The position numbers were made by a program, and so were the translations under genes. A stretch of 64,000 bases of DNA from Opitutaceae bacterium. GTDB taxonomy: Bacteria; Verrucomicrobiota; Verrucomicrobiia; Opitutales; Opitutaceae. Position 1 is the first letter of the stretch. The number at the start of each line of letters is the position of its first letter. Positions 22,901-31,618 of the stretch are shown here, piece after piece. The stretch lies in contig JBGAGU010000002.1 of the NCBI GenBank assembly GCA_044226505.1, positions 686,559-750,558 on the forward strand, in the 5' to 3' direction. The notes beneath the pieces were generated by a model. It searched no databases and was not told the origin of the DNA. It saw only the letters and a program-made list of their open reading frames with translations.

Positions 22901-24460
22901 CCCGCGCCGAGCGTGCAGTGGTTTTGGAACGGCGCGCCCATCGCTGGCGCGACTGCGGCCACGCTCAGCCTCCCCGCGATCTCCGCGGCGGACGCGGGCG
23001 CGTATCATGTCGTCGTCTCAGGCGCGGCGGGGAACCTTGCGAGCGCCCCCGTCAGCGTGGGCGTGCGACGCGGGGAGTTTGCGGGGGTGTATTTCGCCGG
23101 CCAGCAGCTTAACTTCACGGTCCCTAACATCTGCCTTTACGTGCGCGACGATGGCACGGGCGTCGCCTTTCGGCACGGGGCCGACAGTTGCGACGTGACC
23201 CGCGCGTTGGTCGTCGATGCGCAGGGTAACTTCGACGTCCGCACGCTCGGCGCGCCCGTTCTTCCCTTTCGCGGCCGAATCGCGGCCGACGGCACGGTCA
23301 CCGGCGAATATTTCGGCGGCGGCTTCTCCGGACGCAGGGATGATCCGGCCGGCCCCGCGCAAGCGCTCGCCGGTTATTACCTGACGGGCGTCGCCGATGG
23401 ATCGGCCATAACGAGTTTTGTCGTCGGCGCGTCGGGCACCGTGTTTGTGTGCCACGAATCCGGACCACGCTGGGACGGCGGAGTCGGCCGGCTCTCCGCC
23501 AACTCGACGTTCGGCGTCACCATGGTGCTCGGCGGGATCGTCACGGCGACGTTTGCGTCCGATGGCAGCTCCGCCAATGCCCGGGTCATTTACAACGGCG
23601 GCACTCAGCCCGGGCCGTTTGTCTCCAGCGGCAGCAACGATCGCCTCGCCCATCGGCAAAGGCTCGGGCAACTCTCCGCGCGCGTGCAGGTCGGCGCGAC
23701 CTCGCCGGCCATCGCGGGATTTGTCGTGCGCGGCGACCGGCCGCTAACGGCCCTCGTGCGTGCGATCGGTCCAACCTTGGGCGCCTTCAATGTCCCCGGC
23801 TTCCTCACCAATCCCCGGTTGGAGTTTTTCCGCGGCGCGGATCGGCTCGCGCTCAACGCCGGTTGGGGCACGGCCTCCAACGCCGCGGAGATCGCTCAGG
23901 CCTCCGCGGCCTCCGGCGCATTCGCCCTGCCCTCGGGATCGGCGGACTCCGCGGTGCTCGTCACGCTGAACCCCGGCGCCTATTCCGCCGTGGTCAGCAG
24001 CGCGAGCGGCGTGACGTCGGGCGTCGCTTTGATCGAGGTTTATGATCTTTCGCGCGGCGATGCCGGCCAGCGGCTCGTCAACCTCTCCGCCCGCGGCAGC
24101 GTCGGCCCCGGTGCGGGCGCCCTGATCACGGGGCTCAATGTGGCAAGCATCCAGCCCAAGCGCATGCTGCTTCGTGCCCTCGGTCCGACCCTCGCCCCCT
24201 ACGGCGTGGCAAATGCGCTGCCGCGGCCCGTGCTCTCGCTCTTCCGCGGTTCCCGCCTGTTGGTTTCCAACGAGGGCTGGCGCGCCGACTTCGCCACCTC
24301 CAACACAACGAGCGCCAGCACCGAGCTCGATCTTCCACCTCTTTTCGATGCGGAATCCGCCCTGCTCGTGAACCTGCCCGCCGGCAACTACACCGCCGTC
24401 GTCACCGGCTCCGGCGTGACGGCCGGCACCGCCCTTGTGGAGATTTATGAGCTGCCCTAG
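19955..24460 (+). CDS. Secreted multidomain protein: N-terminal domain, Ig-like (I-set) repeats, pectinesterase (CE8), a further Ig-like repeat, and tandem C-terminal modules of unknown function
   Basis: Signal peptide MCRSLLRALRSPAFLALFACAVPLHAQ. Repeats of the type YQWRKDGANVAGATGATLNFANAAAGDAGNYSVVVTNAYGSVTS. CE8 motifs GSGDFNTVQGAIDSVP, QAEAVFTGAQRV..RSRQDTLL and GNTDFIWGS. Confidence 0.85.
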   Translation: MCRSLLRALRSPAFLALFACAVPLHAQLTWSVFNETTTTPAPASTASNGVALSVPAGQRATLVANNLAPIDLTRDGTEAYVTISFKVSGGLSGIAAGTRAIGFGLFNHNGTAADYADDAGYFTWLNGRNTGSLIEQRRRLGDGTSPSLLNPTGTAFNNLSTGQASPTPGSLNDGNIYSLTIHLMSRGGAISFGNTSANTTGGGVILDGPGIRAITFSNPDAPASAFVFNEIGFMFLNTTNAAQTLTIISVTSSSNSLVPINPPVITAQPVATSLNPGQAGSLSVGVTGTPPLTYQWRKDGANVAGATGATLNFANAAAGDAGNYSVVVTNAYGSVTSSAAALNVTVSPIPPTITQHPASATVNVGDRATFSAAGYGSAPLTFQWAKNGTDIAGATGTSYTIASVTAADAGSYTVRLANNVPTLVAVVSNPAVLGVNTAPAITTQPASVTTTAGQSTSFTVAATGSPTPIYQWSRNGSALAGATNATLTIANAQLADTGVYTVALINDVGSVTSAPAVLAIPSTMAITTTAPAAVGAVNLDAPLALTFDRPPVAGRTGRIRVFKASDDTVADTLDLGAALQQRTVGTNATLYNFIPVTISGNTATFYMRVTLAPGTAYYAQIEPSAILDSAGGSFTGISDKTTWRFTTKAGGPANPAALTVAADGSGDFNTVQGAIDSVPANNASRVVITVKRGTYNELVYLGATRPFITIRGEDRAQTIVGYANNNNLNGTTATRAAFSITANDTILETITVRNPTSQGGSQAEAVFTGAQRVLLSRVNLRSRQDTLLCATGTLLVTDSYIEGNTDFIWGSAAAYFNRCELRGLDTAGQEGFYTQSRTGQNQIGFVFVECRLTGEPAARNYYLGRIDPNPGNFPFSQAVWIDCAMGPHILPVGWQLNNATTSATVQEWEYQSTDLAGATLDVRSRHASSRQIDTATAARYRDPAFVLGGWSPQVAAAIEVPPAATTFLNGSNAHLTVQATGFPAPSVQWFWNGAPIAGATAATLSLPAISAADAGAYHVVVSGAAGNLASAPVSVGVRRGEFAGVYFAGQQLNFTVPNICLYVRDDGTGVAFRHGADSCDVTRALVVDAQGNFDVRTLGAPVLPFRGRIAADGTVTGEYFGGGFSGRRDDPAGPAQALAGYYLTGVADGSAITSFVVGASGTVFVCHESGPRWDGGVGRLSANSTFGVTMVLGGIVTATFASDGSSANARVIYNGGTQPGPFVSSGSNDRLAHRQRLGQLSARVQVGATSPAIAGFVVRGDRPLTALVRAIGPTLGAFNVPGFLTNPRLEFFRGADRLALNAGWGTASNAAEIAQASAASGAFALPSGSADSAVLVTLNPGAYSAVVSSASGVTSGVALIEVYDLSRGDAGQRLVNLSARGSVGPGAGALITGLNVASIQPKRMLLRALGPTLAPYGVANALPRPVLSLFRGSRLLVSNEGWRADFATSNTTSASTELDLPPLFDAESALLVNLPAGNYTAVVTGSGVTAGTALVEIYELP

Positions 24461-24496
24461 TTGCCCCTCCCGCCCGGCCCTCTTTCTTCGCCTCGC

Positions 24497-25912
24497 ATGA
24501 AAACCCTCCGCCTGTCCTTGCTTTGCCTGCTCGCGCCGTTTGCCGCGCTCCCCGCCGCCGAGATCGGCTGGGACTCGGCCCCCGCCATCCTCGCGCGCAT
24601 CAAGGCCCCGCAGTTTCCCGCGCGCGATTTCGCCATCACCAGCTACGGCGCGACGGCGGGCGGCGCGGATTGCACCGCGGCCATCGCGCAGGCCATCGCG
24701 GCGGCGCACGCCGCGGGCGGCGGGCGCGTCGTCGTGCCGGCGGGCGTGTTTCACACCGGCGCCGTGCACCTGAAGAGCAACGTCAACCTCCACGTCGCCG
24801 AGGGCGCCACGCTGAAGTTCATTTTCGATCCCGCGAAATATCCGCTCGTCCTCACGCGCTGGGAAGGCACCGAGTGCATGAACTACTCGGCGCTCATCTA
24901 CGCGTTCGAGCAGGAGAACATCGCCGTGACCGGCAAGGGCACGCTCGACGGCTCCGCGAATTTCGAGACGTGGTGGGCCTGGAACCGCAAGCAGCCCGGC
25001 CAGCCCACCAAGCAGGTGCCCGCCCGCAACAAGCTCGTGGATCAGGGCGAGGCCGGCGTGCCCGTCGCGCAGCGCGTGCACGGCGACGGCGGTTTCCTGC
25101 GGCCCAACTTCGTCCAGCCCTACCGCTGCAAGAACGTCCTCATCGAGGGCGTCACGATCATCAACTCGCCCATGTGGGAGTTGAACCCGGTGCTCTGCAC
25201 CAACGTCACCGTGCGCGGCGTGACCGTCAATTCCCACGGTCCCAACAACGACGGCTGCGATCCCGAGTCGTGCCGCGACGTGCTGATTGAGGACTGCGTC
25301 TTCGACACCGGCGACGACTGCATCGCCATCAAGTCCGGCCGCAACAACGACGGCCGCCGCGTCAACGTTCCCTCGGAAAACCTGATCATCCGCCGCTGCG
25401 TGATGAAGGACGGCCACGGCGGCGTCGTGCTCGGCAGCGAGATCTCCGGCGGCGTGCGCAACGTCTTCGTCGAGGACTGCCAGATGGACAGCCCGCACCT
25501 CGAGCGCGCGCTGCGCTTCAAATCCAACGCCCAGCGCGGCGGCGTGCTGGAAAACGTCTTCCTGCGCAACGTGACCATCGGCCGCGTGACCGAGGCGATC
25601 CTCACGATCGATCTGATCTACGAGGAGGGCGCGCGCGGCCCGCACCAGCCGATCGTGCGCAACGTCTCGCTCGAGAAGGTCACCAGCCAGAGCAGCCCGC
25701 GCGTGATGTGGATCGCCGGTTTTCCCGCCGCGATCATCGACAACATCCGGTTTGCCGACTGCACGTTTCGCGGCGTGGAGGCCACCGAGGTCGTGATGCA
25801 CGCCGGCTCGATCTCGATGCGCAACGTCGCCATCGAGCCGCTGAAGGCCGTGAAGGGCGCGAACTCGATCTCCGCGCCGGAGCCCAAGGCCGGGAAGAAG
25901 GAGAAGAAGTGA
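24497..25912 (+). CDS. Glycoside hydrolase family 28 (polygalacturonase / exo-poly-alpha-galacturonosidase-like)
   Basis: Signal peptide MKTLRLSLLCLLAPFAALPAAE. GH28 motifs NNDGCDP, GDDCIAIKSG, GHGGVVLGSE and RALRFKSN. Confidence 0.85.
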   Translation: MKTLRLSLLCLLAPFAALPAAEIGWDSAPAILARIKAPQFPARDFAITSYGATAGGADCTAAIAQAIAAAHAAGGGRVVVPAGVFHTGAVHLKSNVNLHVAEGATLKFIFDPAKYPLVLTRWEGTECMNYSALIYAFEQENIAVTGKGTLDGSANFETWWAWNRKQPGQPTKQVPARNKLVDQGEAGVPVAQRVHGDGGFLRPNFVQPYRCKNVLIEGVTIINSPMWELNPVLCTNVTVRGVTVNSHGPNNDGCDPESCRDVLIEDCVFDTGDDCIAIKSGRNNDGRRVNVPSENLIIRRCVMKDGHGGVVLGSEISGGVRNVFVEDCQMDSPHLERALRFKSNAQRGGVLENVFLRNVTIGRVTEAILTIDLIYEEGARGPHQPIVRNVSLEKVTSQSSPRVMWIAGFPAAIIDNIRFADCTFRGVEATEVVMHAGSISMRNVAIEPLKAVKGANSISAPEPKAGKKEKK

Positions 25913-27354
25913 ATCTTCGCGCCTCGGGCGGGCCGTGCGCCCCGCGCGCGGCCGAGCAACGTCCGTGCTCCCCCATCGGCCGCCCGCGGAGCGGCCGGCC
26001 CACCTTCGGGCGCTTCGCGCTCGCCGCCGCTTTCGTCACCGCTGCCCTCACCGCCGCGCCTGCGCCGCTGCCGTTCCAGCCGGACATCGTGGTCGCCGCG
26101 GACGGCTCCGGCGATTTCAAGACCATCCACGAGGCGGTGCAGTCCGTGCCCAGGAACAACCGCGAGCGCCGCGTGATCCTCGTGAAAAGCGGCGTTTACA
26201 CCGAGCGCGTCCGGGTCGACGCCGCGTGCATCACGCTGCGCGGCGAGAGCCGCGCCGGCACGCGCCTCGAGTTCTCCCGCGCCAACACGGCGCCGCGCGA
26301 CGCCCTCGGCGTGGGCGTGCTCAACCTCAGCGCGACCGCGCACGACTTCGTCCTGGAGAATCTCACCGTGAGGAACACCCACGGCCAGCTCGGCATCCAC
26401 GCCTTTGCCATCTATGGCCGCGCCGATCGCACCGTGATTCAGGACTGCGACGTGCTGAGCCAGGGCAACGACACGCTGTCGCTCTGGCGCGGCCGCGCGG
26501 AAAATGCCGCCGAGGACGCCGGCACGGAGGCGGCCGCACCTGGCGGATTGCCCGTCCTCGCCGACGGCGGACGCTACTATCACGCGCGGCTCAACGTCTG
26601 CGGCTCCGTCGATTTCATCTGCCCGCGCGGCTGGTGCTACCTCGCCGACTCGACGATCACGCAGTTGAACCCGGGCGCCACCGCGTCCATGTGGCACGAC
26701 GGGAGCAACATCGCCGACAAGAAGTTCGTGCTGCGCGGCTGCCGCTTCGACGGCCCGCCCGGCTGGCAGCTCGCGCGCCGCCATCACGACGGGCATTTCT
26801 ACTTCATCGACTGCTCGTTCGCCGCGACGATGCGCGACCAGCCGCCCTATCGCGTGATCTACCCGCTCAACGGCGGCACGCCGACGGAAGCCGACAAGAA
26901 GCGCAACGCCGACTACGATCGCACCAACGTCTTCGGTGACCGGAATTATTTCTTCAACAGCCACCGGGCCGGCGGCGACTACGCGTGGCACCGCGACAAC
27001 CTTGCCTCCGCCCCCGGCGCGCCGCGCCCTGACCAGATCACGGCGAAGTGGACCTTCGCCGGCACCTGGGATCCCGAGCGCACCGACGGGCCGCGCATCG
27101 TCCGCCTCGTTCCCAGCGGCGATTCGATGGAGGTGGTTTTCAGCGAGAGCGTGACGGTGAAAGGCACGCCGCGCTTGCGGCTGCGCCCCGGCGGCACCGC
27201 GCGCTACGCGTCCGGCAGCGGCGGCACGGCGCTGCGCTTCCGACTCGTCGATCCCGCGGCGGCGCCCGCCGCGACACTCGATCTTGCCGGCGGCGCGATC
27301 ATCGCCACCGAAGCCGGCGCCAACCTGCGCCCCGCCGATCTCACGCTGCCGTAG
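25909..27354 (+). CDS. Pectinesterase-like protein (divergent CE8)
   Basis: DIVVAADGSGDFKTIHEAVQSVP, HAFAIYGRADRTVIQDCDVLSQGNDTLSLW and GSVDFICPRG. The proposed GTG 25909 overlaps the GH28 stop, so the start is uncertain. Confidence 0.75.
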   Translation: MNLRASGGPCAPRAAEQRPCSPIGRPRSGRPTFGRFALAAAFVTAALTAAPAPLPFQPDIVVAADGSGDFKTIHEAVQSVPRNNRERRVILVKSGVYTERVRVDAACITLRGESRAGTRLEFSRANTAPRDALGVGVLNLSATAHDFVLENLTVRNTHGQLGIHAFAIYGRADRTVIQDCDVLSQGNDTLSLWRGRAENAAEDAGTEAAAPGGLPVLADGGRYYHARLNVCGSVDFICPRGWCYLADSTITQLNPGATASMWHDGSNIADKKFVLRGCRFDGPPGWQLARRHHDGHFYFIDCSFAATMRDQPPYRVIYPLNGGTPTEADKKRNADYDRTNVFGDRNYFFNSHRAGGDYAWHRDNLASAPGAPRPDQITAKWTFAGTWDPERTDGPRIVRLVPSGDSMEVVFSESVTVKGTPRLRLRPGGTARYASGSGGTALRFRLVDPAAAPAATLDLAGGAIIATEAGANLRPADLTLP

Positions 27355-27379
27355 CGGCGTGTCTCACCCCCTTCCCCTC

Positions 27380-28762
27380 ATGCGTCCCATCTGCGCGCTT
27401 TCCGCTGTTGCGTCCGCCGCCCTCATCGCCGCCGGCCTCGCCACCGCCGCCGAGATCGAAATTCCGGTTCCCCCCATCGCCACGCCCATCCGCGGCCTCC
27501 CCGGTCCCGCCGATCTGCCGGCGCGCGCGGCCTTGCCTGACGTGCTCGCGATGAACGACGGCACGCGCGTGACCACGGCCGCGCAGTGGCCCGCACGTCG
27601 TGCCGAGATTCTACGCACGCTCGAATACTACGCCGTCGGCCAGGCCCCGCCCGCCCCGGGCAACGTCAAGGGCCGCGTCGTGAAGACGCAGCCGCTCGCG
27701 GGGGGCAAGTTCACCTATCGGCTCGTGCACCTGACGTTTGGCCCGGGTGAGAAGCTCGCGCTCGACATCGGCCTCTACACGCCCCTGGGCGCAGGGCCTT
27801 TTCCCGCCGTCATCGCACCCGCCGGCACGCCACCCGGCGCGACGCCGTTGCCGCGGCTGCCCAACGGCCCCACGCAGGGCAAGGGCGTCAACGTCCTGCT
27901 TGTCGTCGGCGGCGGCGTGCCATCGCCCGGCGCCGAGATTCCCGGCGCCGGCCGCGGCCCCGCTGATCCCGAGCGCATCGCTGCGAGCAACGCCGCGCTC
28001 GCGCGCGGCTACGCCTACGTGACGTTCAACAACAACGACTGCGGCGAAGACACCACGCTGCGCGAGGCCGACGGGAGCTGGTCGTTTCGCACCACGCGGT
28101 TCTTCCCGGCGTATCCCGGCTACGACTGGGGCCTGCTGCGCGCCTGGGCCTGGGGCGTCTCGCGCATCGTCGACTACCTGGTCACCGATCCGCTCATCGA
28201 CGGGAAAAAATTGATCGTCACCGGCGCCTCGCGCACCGGCAAATCCGCGATGGTCGCGGCGGCCTTCGACGAGCGCCTGGCCATGGGTGCGCCGGTCGTC
28301 ACCGGCGGCGGCGGCATCGGCGCGCACCGTTTCGCCGGCCCGCACCGCAGCGAGACGCTCGATCTGATGGTGACGAAATATCCCAACTGGTTTTCGCCCC
28401 ACCTGCACGCGTTCCGCGGCCAAAAAGAAAAGCTGCCCTTCGACGAGCATTGGTTCCTCGCCGCCTGCGCACCGCGGGCGTTCCTCGCGCTCGAGGGCGA
28501 CGCCGACGTGATCTCGTGTCCCGAGGCCGTGCGCCAATCCTTGCTCGGGGCCAAGCCCGCCTACGCGCTCTTCGGCGCCGAGGCCAAGCTCGGCGTCAAC
28601 TACGCGCCACACGGCCACGCCTTCACCGCCGACGACTGGTCCGCGATGCTCGACTTCGCGGACAAGCACCTGCTCGGCAAGAAGGTTGATCGCGCCTTCG
28701 ACCGTTTTCCCGCCGAGGCCGAGCTCGACGCCGCGCTCGCCCGCGGCCCCGCGAGGAAATAG
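27380..28762 (+). CDS. Glucuronoyl esterase-like carbohydrate esterase (CE15)
   Basis: Signal peptide MRPICALSAVASAALIAAGLATA. CE15-type nucleophile motif VTGASRTGKSAMVAA (G-x-S-R-x-G-K) and a C-terminal HGHAF. Confidence 0.7.
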   Translation: MRPICALSAVASAALIAAGLATAAEIEIPVPPIATPIRGLPGPADLPARAALPDVLAMNDGTRVTTAAQWPARRAEILRTLEYYAVGQAPPAPGNVKGRVVKTQPLAGGKFTYRLVHLTFGPGEKLALDIGLYTPLGAGPFPAVIAPAGTPPGATPLPRLPNGPTQGKGVNVLLVVGGGVPSPGAEIPGAGRGPADPERIAASNAALARGYAYVTFNNNDCGEDTTLREADGSWSFRTTRFFPAYPGYDWGLLRAWAWGVSRIVDYLVTDPLIDGKKLIVTGASRTGKSAMVAAAFDERLAMGAPVVTGGGGIGAHRFAGPHRSETLDLMVTKYPNWFSPHLHAFRGQKEKLPFDEHWFLAACAPRAFLALEGDADVISCPEAVRQSLLGAKPAYALFGAEAKLGVNYAPHGHAFTADDWSAMLDFADKHLLGKKVDRAFDRFPAEAELDAALARGPARK

Positions 28763-28828
28763 TCGCGCGGCCGCGCGACCGGGCAGCTCTGACCGTCCGG
28801 GTAGAAACCGCCCTCGCGGAAAATCGGC

Positions 28829-31582
28829 TTGGCACCACGAAGGACCGTCATCCGTCTTGTCGGGCGGTCTCCAGTGCAACTCCGGCCCACCCCTCCGATC
28901 CGTCCTTCAATTCGTCCGGTCCTGCTTCGCTTCGTCGCGGTGGCAGGGGCCGTCCTTGCCGAGGCAAGCGGCCGATCGGCGGACGCCGGCGCCGACGAGT
29001 TTGAACGCGTGACGAGGCCGCTGCTGGTCAAATACTGCTACGATTGCCATGGTGACGGCCACGCCAAGGGCGGCGTGGCGTTCGACAAAATCAGCGCGGC
29101 CGACGGGCTGCACGACACCAAGCTGTGGCTGCGCGTCCTGAGAAACGTGCGCTCCGGCCTCATGCCGCCGAGCGATGCGGCCGACCCCCTCCCCGCGGCC
29201 GAGGCGGAAAAGCTGATGGCCTGGGTGAAGCAAGGGGCGTTCATGCTCGACCCCGCGCGGCCGGATCCGGGACGGGTGACGGTGCGGCGGCTCAACCGCA
29301 CCGAATATCGCAACACCGTCCGCGATCTCACGGGCGTCGATTTTGACGCGCACAAGGAGTTCCCCGCCGACGACACCGGCCACGGCTTCGACAACATCGG
29401 CGACGTGCTGAGCGTCTCCCCGCTGCTGCTCGAAAAATACCTCGACGCAGCCCAGTCGATCGTCGCGCGCACCGTGCCCACGCAGCCGCGCGTCGTCGCC
29501 GAGACACTCGTGCCCGGGGTGAAATTCGCGACGCTCAAGATCGACACGACAGTGCCCGAGCCGCCGAAGCCCGCCGTGGCGGAGCCGGCCGCGGCCGAGG
29601 TCCCCGCGCCCGCGGCCGGAAAGGGTTTCCGTCGCGGCGCCGGTCGCGGCCCGCCCCCGCCGCCGCCGCCGCAACGCCCGGCGCCAAATCCCGTCGGCGA
29701 CGCGCTCGAGCTCTCCTACTACACGCCCGTGACCGTCGAGGCGCGGCGCAACGTGACGCAGGCCGGGCAGTATCAGGTGGAGCTGGAACTGCGCGCGTTT
29801 GAGCGCTACGTGGACGACGTCTTCGATCAAAACAAGTGCCGCCTCCGCTTCTCGATCGACGGCGCTCAGGTGCTCGATCGGGTATTCGTGCGCGAGGGCG
29901 GAAAGAAATTCGAGTTCCCCTACGACCGCACCCTCGCCGCCGGCGAGCATACCTTCACGGTCGAGATTGTCCCGGATGCACCGCAGCCGCAGGTCCGCGC
30001 GCTGCGCCTGCGCGTCGAGGGCGTGACGCTGCGCGGGCCGATGGAGGAGAAGTTCTGGGTGCGGCCCAAGGGCTACGAGAAGGTCTTCCCCCGCGATCCC
30101 CCGGCGGACGCGGCCGGCCGCCGCACCTATGCACGCGAGCTGCTCGCGCCCTTTGCGAGCCGCGCGTTCCGCCGGACCGTTGATGCCGCCACGCTCGACC
30201 GCCTGGTCGACCTTGCGCAGTCCATCTACTCCCAGCCGAAGAACCATTTTGAGGCGGGAATCGCGCAGGCGATGGTGGCCGTGCTCGCCTCCCCCCGCTT
30301 CATCTTCCGCGAGGAGGAGACGCTGCCACCCGCCGCCGGCGAGGCGCACCCGCGGATCGATGAGTTCGCGCTGGCCTCCCGGCTCTCGTATTTCTTCTGG
30401 TCCTCGATGCCCGACGCGGAGCTGACGCGCCTCGCCCGCGAGGGCCGGCTGCGCGTCGAGCTGCCTGCGCAGATCAAGCGGCTGCTCGCGGACAAACGCT
30501 CGAACGAACTGGTGCGCAATTTCACGGGCCAGTGGCTGCAGGCGCGCGACATCCTGAGCGTGCCGCTCACCGCCAACGACATCTACCTGCGCGACCATCC
30601 CAGTCCGGCCTACGAGCAGGCGCGCCTGACGTTTGCCAAGCTCGCGGGCAAGCCCCGCGAGGCGCGCACCCCCGAGGAGGCCGAGAAGATGTCAGCCGCG
30701 CGGACGGCGTTCGCCGAGTTCAACCGCCAGCCCAAGCCCCAGCTCACCGACTCCCTGCGCCGCGCGATGCAGGAGGAAACCGAGCTGGCGTTTGCCCACG
30801 TCGTGCGCGAAGACCGCAGCCTCCTGGAGCTGCTGCGGAGCGACTACACGTTCCTCAACGAGGAGCTCGCGCAGCACTACGGGATCGACGGCGTGACCGG
30901 CCGCCAGATGCGGCGCGTGGAGCTGCCCCAAGGCAGCCCCCGCGGCGGGGTGCTCACCCAGGGCACCGTGCTGGCCGTCACGTCCAACCCCACGCGCACG
31001 TCGCCGGTCAAGCGCGGCGTGTTCATCCTCGAGGCGATCCTCGGCGCGCCGCCGCCGCCGCCGCCGCCCAACATCCCCGCGCTCGAGGAAGCCGCGCCCG
31101 CAGGCCAGGCCCGCAAACTCGGCCCCCGCGAGATGCTCGCGCTCCACGCCAAGGAGCCGGTCTGCGCCTCGTGCCACCTGCGCATGGATCCGCTGGGCCT
31201 CGCGCTGGAGAATTTCAACGCCATGGGCATGTGGCGCACCACCGAGCTTGACCAGCCGGTGGATCCGGCCGGCCAGCTTTTCACCGGCGAGAAGTTCCGC
31301 GACGTGCGCGAGCTCAAGGACGTGCTCGTGACGGCGCGCCGCCGCGATTTCTACTACTGCCTCGCGGAAAAACTGCTGACCTACGCCCTCGGCCGCGGTG
31401 TCGACTACTACGACGTCACGACCCTCGATCGCATCGTCGGCGATCTCGAGGCCACGGGCGGCAAGCCCTCCGCGCTGATAAATGGCATCGTCAACTCCGC
31501 TGCTTTCCAACAGCGTCGGAGCCCGCCCGCCCGCCTCGCTCAGGCCGCTCCCGGCGCCGCCGCCCCGGCGCGCCTTGAATAG
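28829..31582 (+). CDS. Planctomycete-type cytochrome-c-domain protein (DUF1587/1592/1595/1588/1585 architecture)
   Basis: Heme-binding-like CYDCHGDGHAKGG near the N-terminus and a long conserved body (FTGQWLQARD, SNPTRTSPVKRGVFILE, CASCHLRMDPLG). Paired with a DUF1552 gene downstream. The TTG start from the ORF track is uncertain. Confidence 0.8.
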   Translation: MAPRRTVIRLVGRSPVQLRPTPPIRPSIRPVLLRFVAVAGAVLAEASGRSADAGADEFERVTRPLLVKYCYDCHGDGHAKGGVAFDKISAADGLHDTKLWLRVLRNVRSGLMPPSDAADPLPAAEAEKLMAWVKQGAFMLDPARPDPGRVTVRRLNRTEYRNTVRDLTGVDFDAHKEFPADDTGHGFDNIGDVLSVSPLLLEKYLDAAQSIVARTVPTQPRVVAETLVPGVKFATLKIDTTVPEPPKPAVAEPAAAEVPAPAAGKGFRRGAGRGPPPPPPPQRPAPNPVGDALELSYYTPVTVEARRNVTQAGQYQVELELRAFERYVDDVFDQNKCRLRFSIDGAQVLDRVFVREGGKKFEFPYDRTLAAGEHTFTVEIVPDAPQPQVRALRLRVEGVTLRGPMEEKFWVRPKGYEKVFPRDPPADAAGRRTYARELLAPFASRAFRRTVDAATLDRLVDLAQSIYSQPKNHFEAGIAQAMVAVLASPRFIFREEETLPPAAGEAHPRIDEFALASRLSYFFWSSMPDAELTRLAREGRLRVELPAQIKRLLADKRSNELVRNFTGQWLQARDILSVPLTANDIYLRDHPSPAYEQARLTFAKLAGKPREARTPEEAEKMSAARTAFAEFNRQPKPQLTDSLRRAMQEETELAFAHVVREDRSLLELLRSDYTFLNEELAQHYGIDGVTGRQMRRVELPQGSPRGGVLTQGTVLAVTSNPTRTSPVKRGVFILEAILGAPPPPPPPNIPALEEAAPAGQARKLGPREMLALHAKEPVCASCHLRMDPLGLALENFNAMGMWRTTELDQPVDPAGQLFTGEKFRDVRELKDVLVTARRRDFYYCLAEKLLTYALGRGVDYYDVTTLDRIVGDLEATGGKPSALINGIVNSAAFQQRRSPPARLAQAAPGAAAPARLE

Positions 31583-31618
31583 CCACTCCGCTTTCGTCCC
31601 GCCCAGCCCTTCCGCCCC

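Noticed and set aside
19928-23008. Very long antisense or out-of-frame ORFs throughout the window. Examples: 76..1341 +, 2397..3833 -, 6573..8177 -, 19928..23008 -, 23744..25801 -, 30692..32920 -, 36170..39070 -, 37390..39297 +, 39098..41008 +.
   Set aside because: These are typical high-GC artefacts. Their Arg/Ala/Gly/Pro-rich translations have no recognisable motifs. Each is fully overlapped by an opposite-strand or other-frame ORF with clear family signatures.
28829-28840. TGGCAC at 28830-28835, considered as a possible sigma-54 -24 element for the DUF1592 gene.
   Set aside because: There is no TTGC-like -12 element at the required spacing (the sequence reads TGGCACcacgaAGGAC). It also coincides with the putative start codon.
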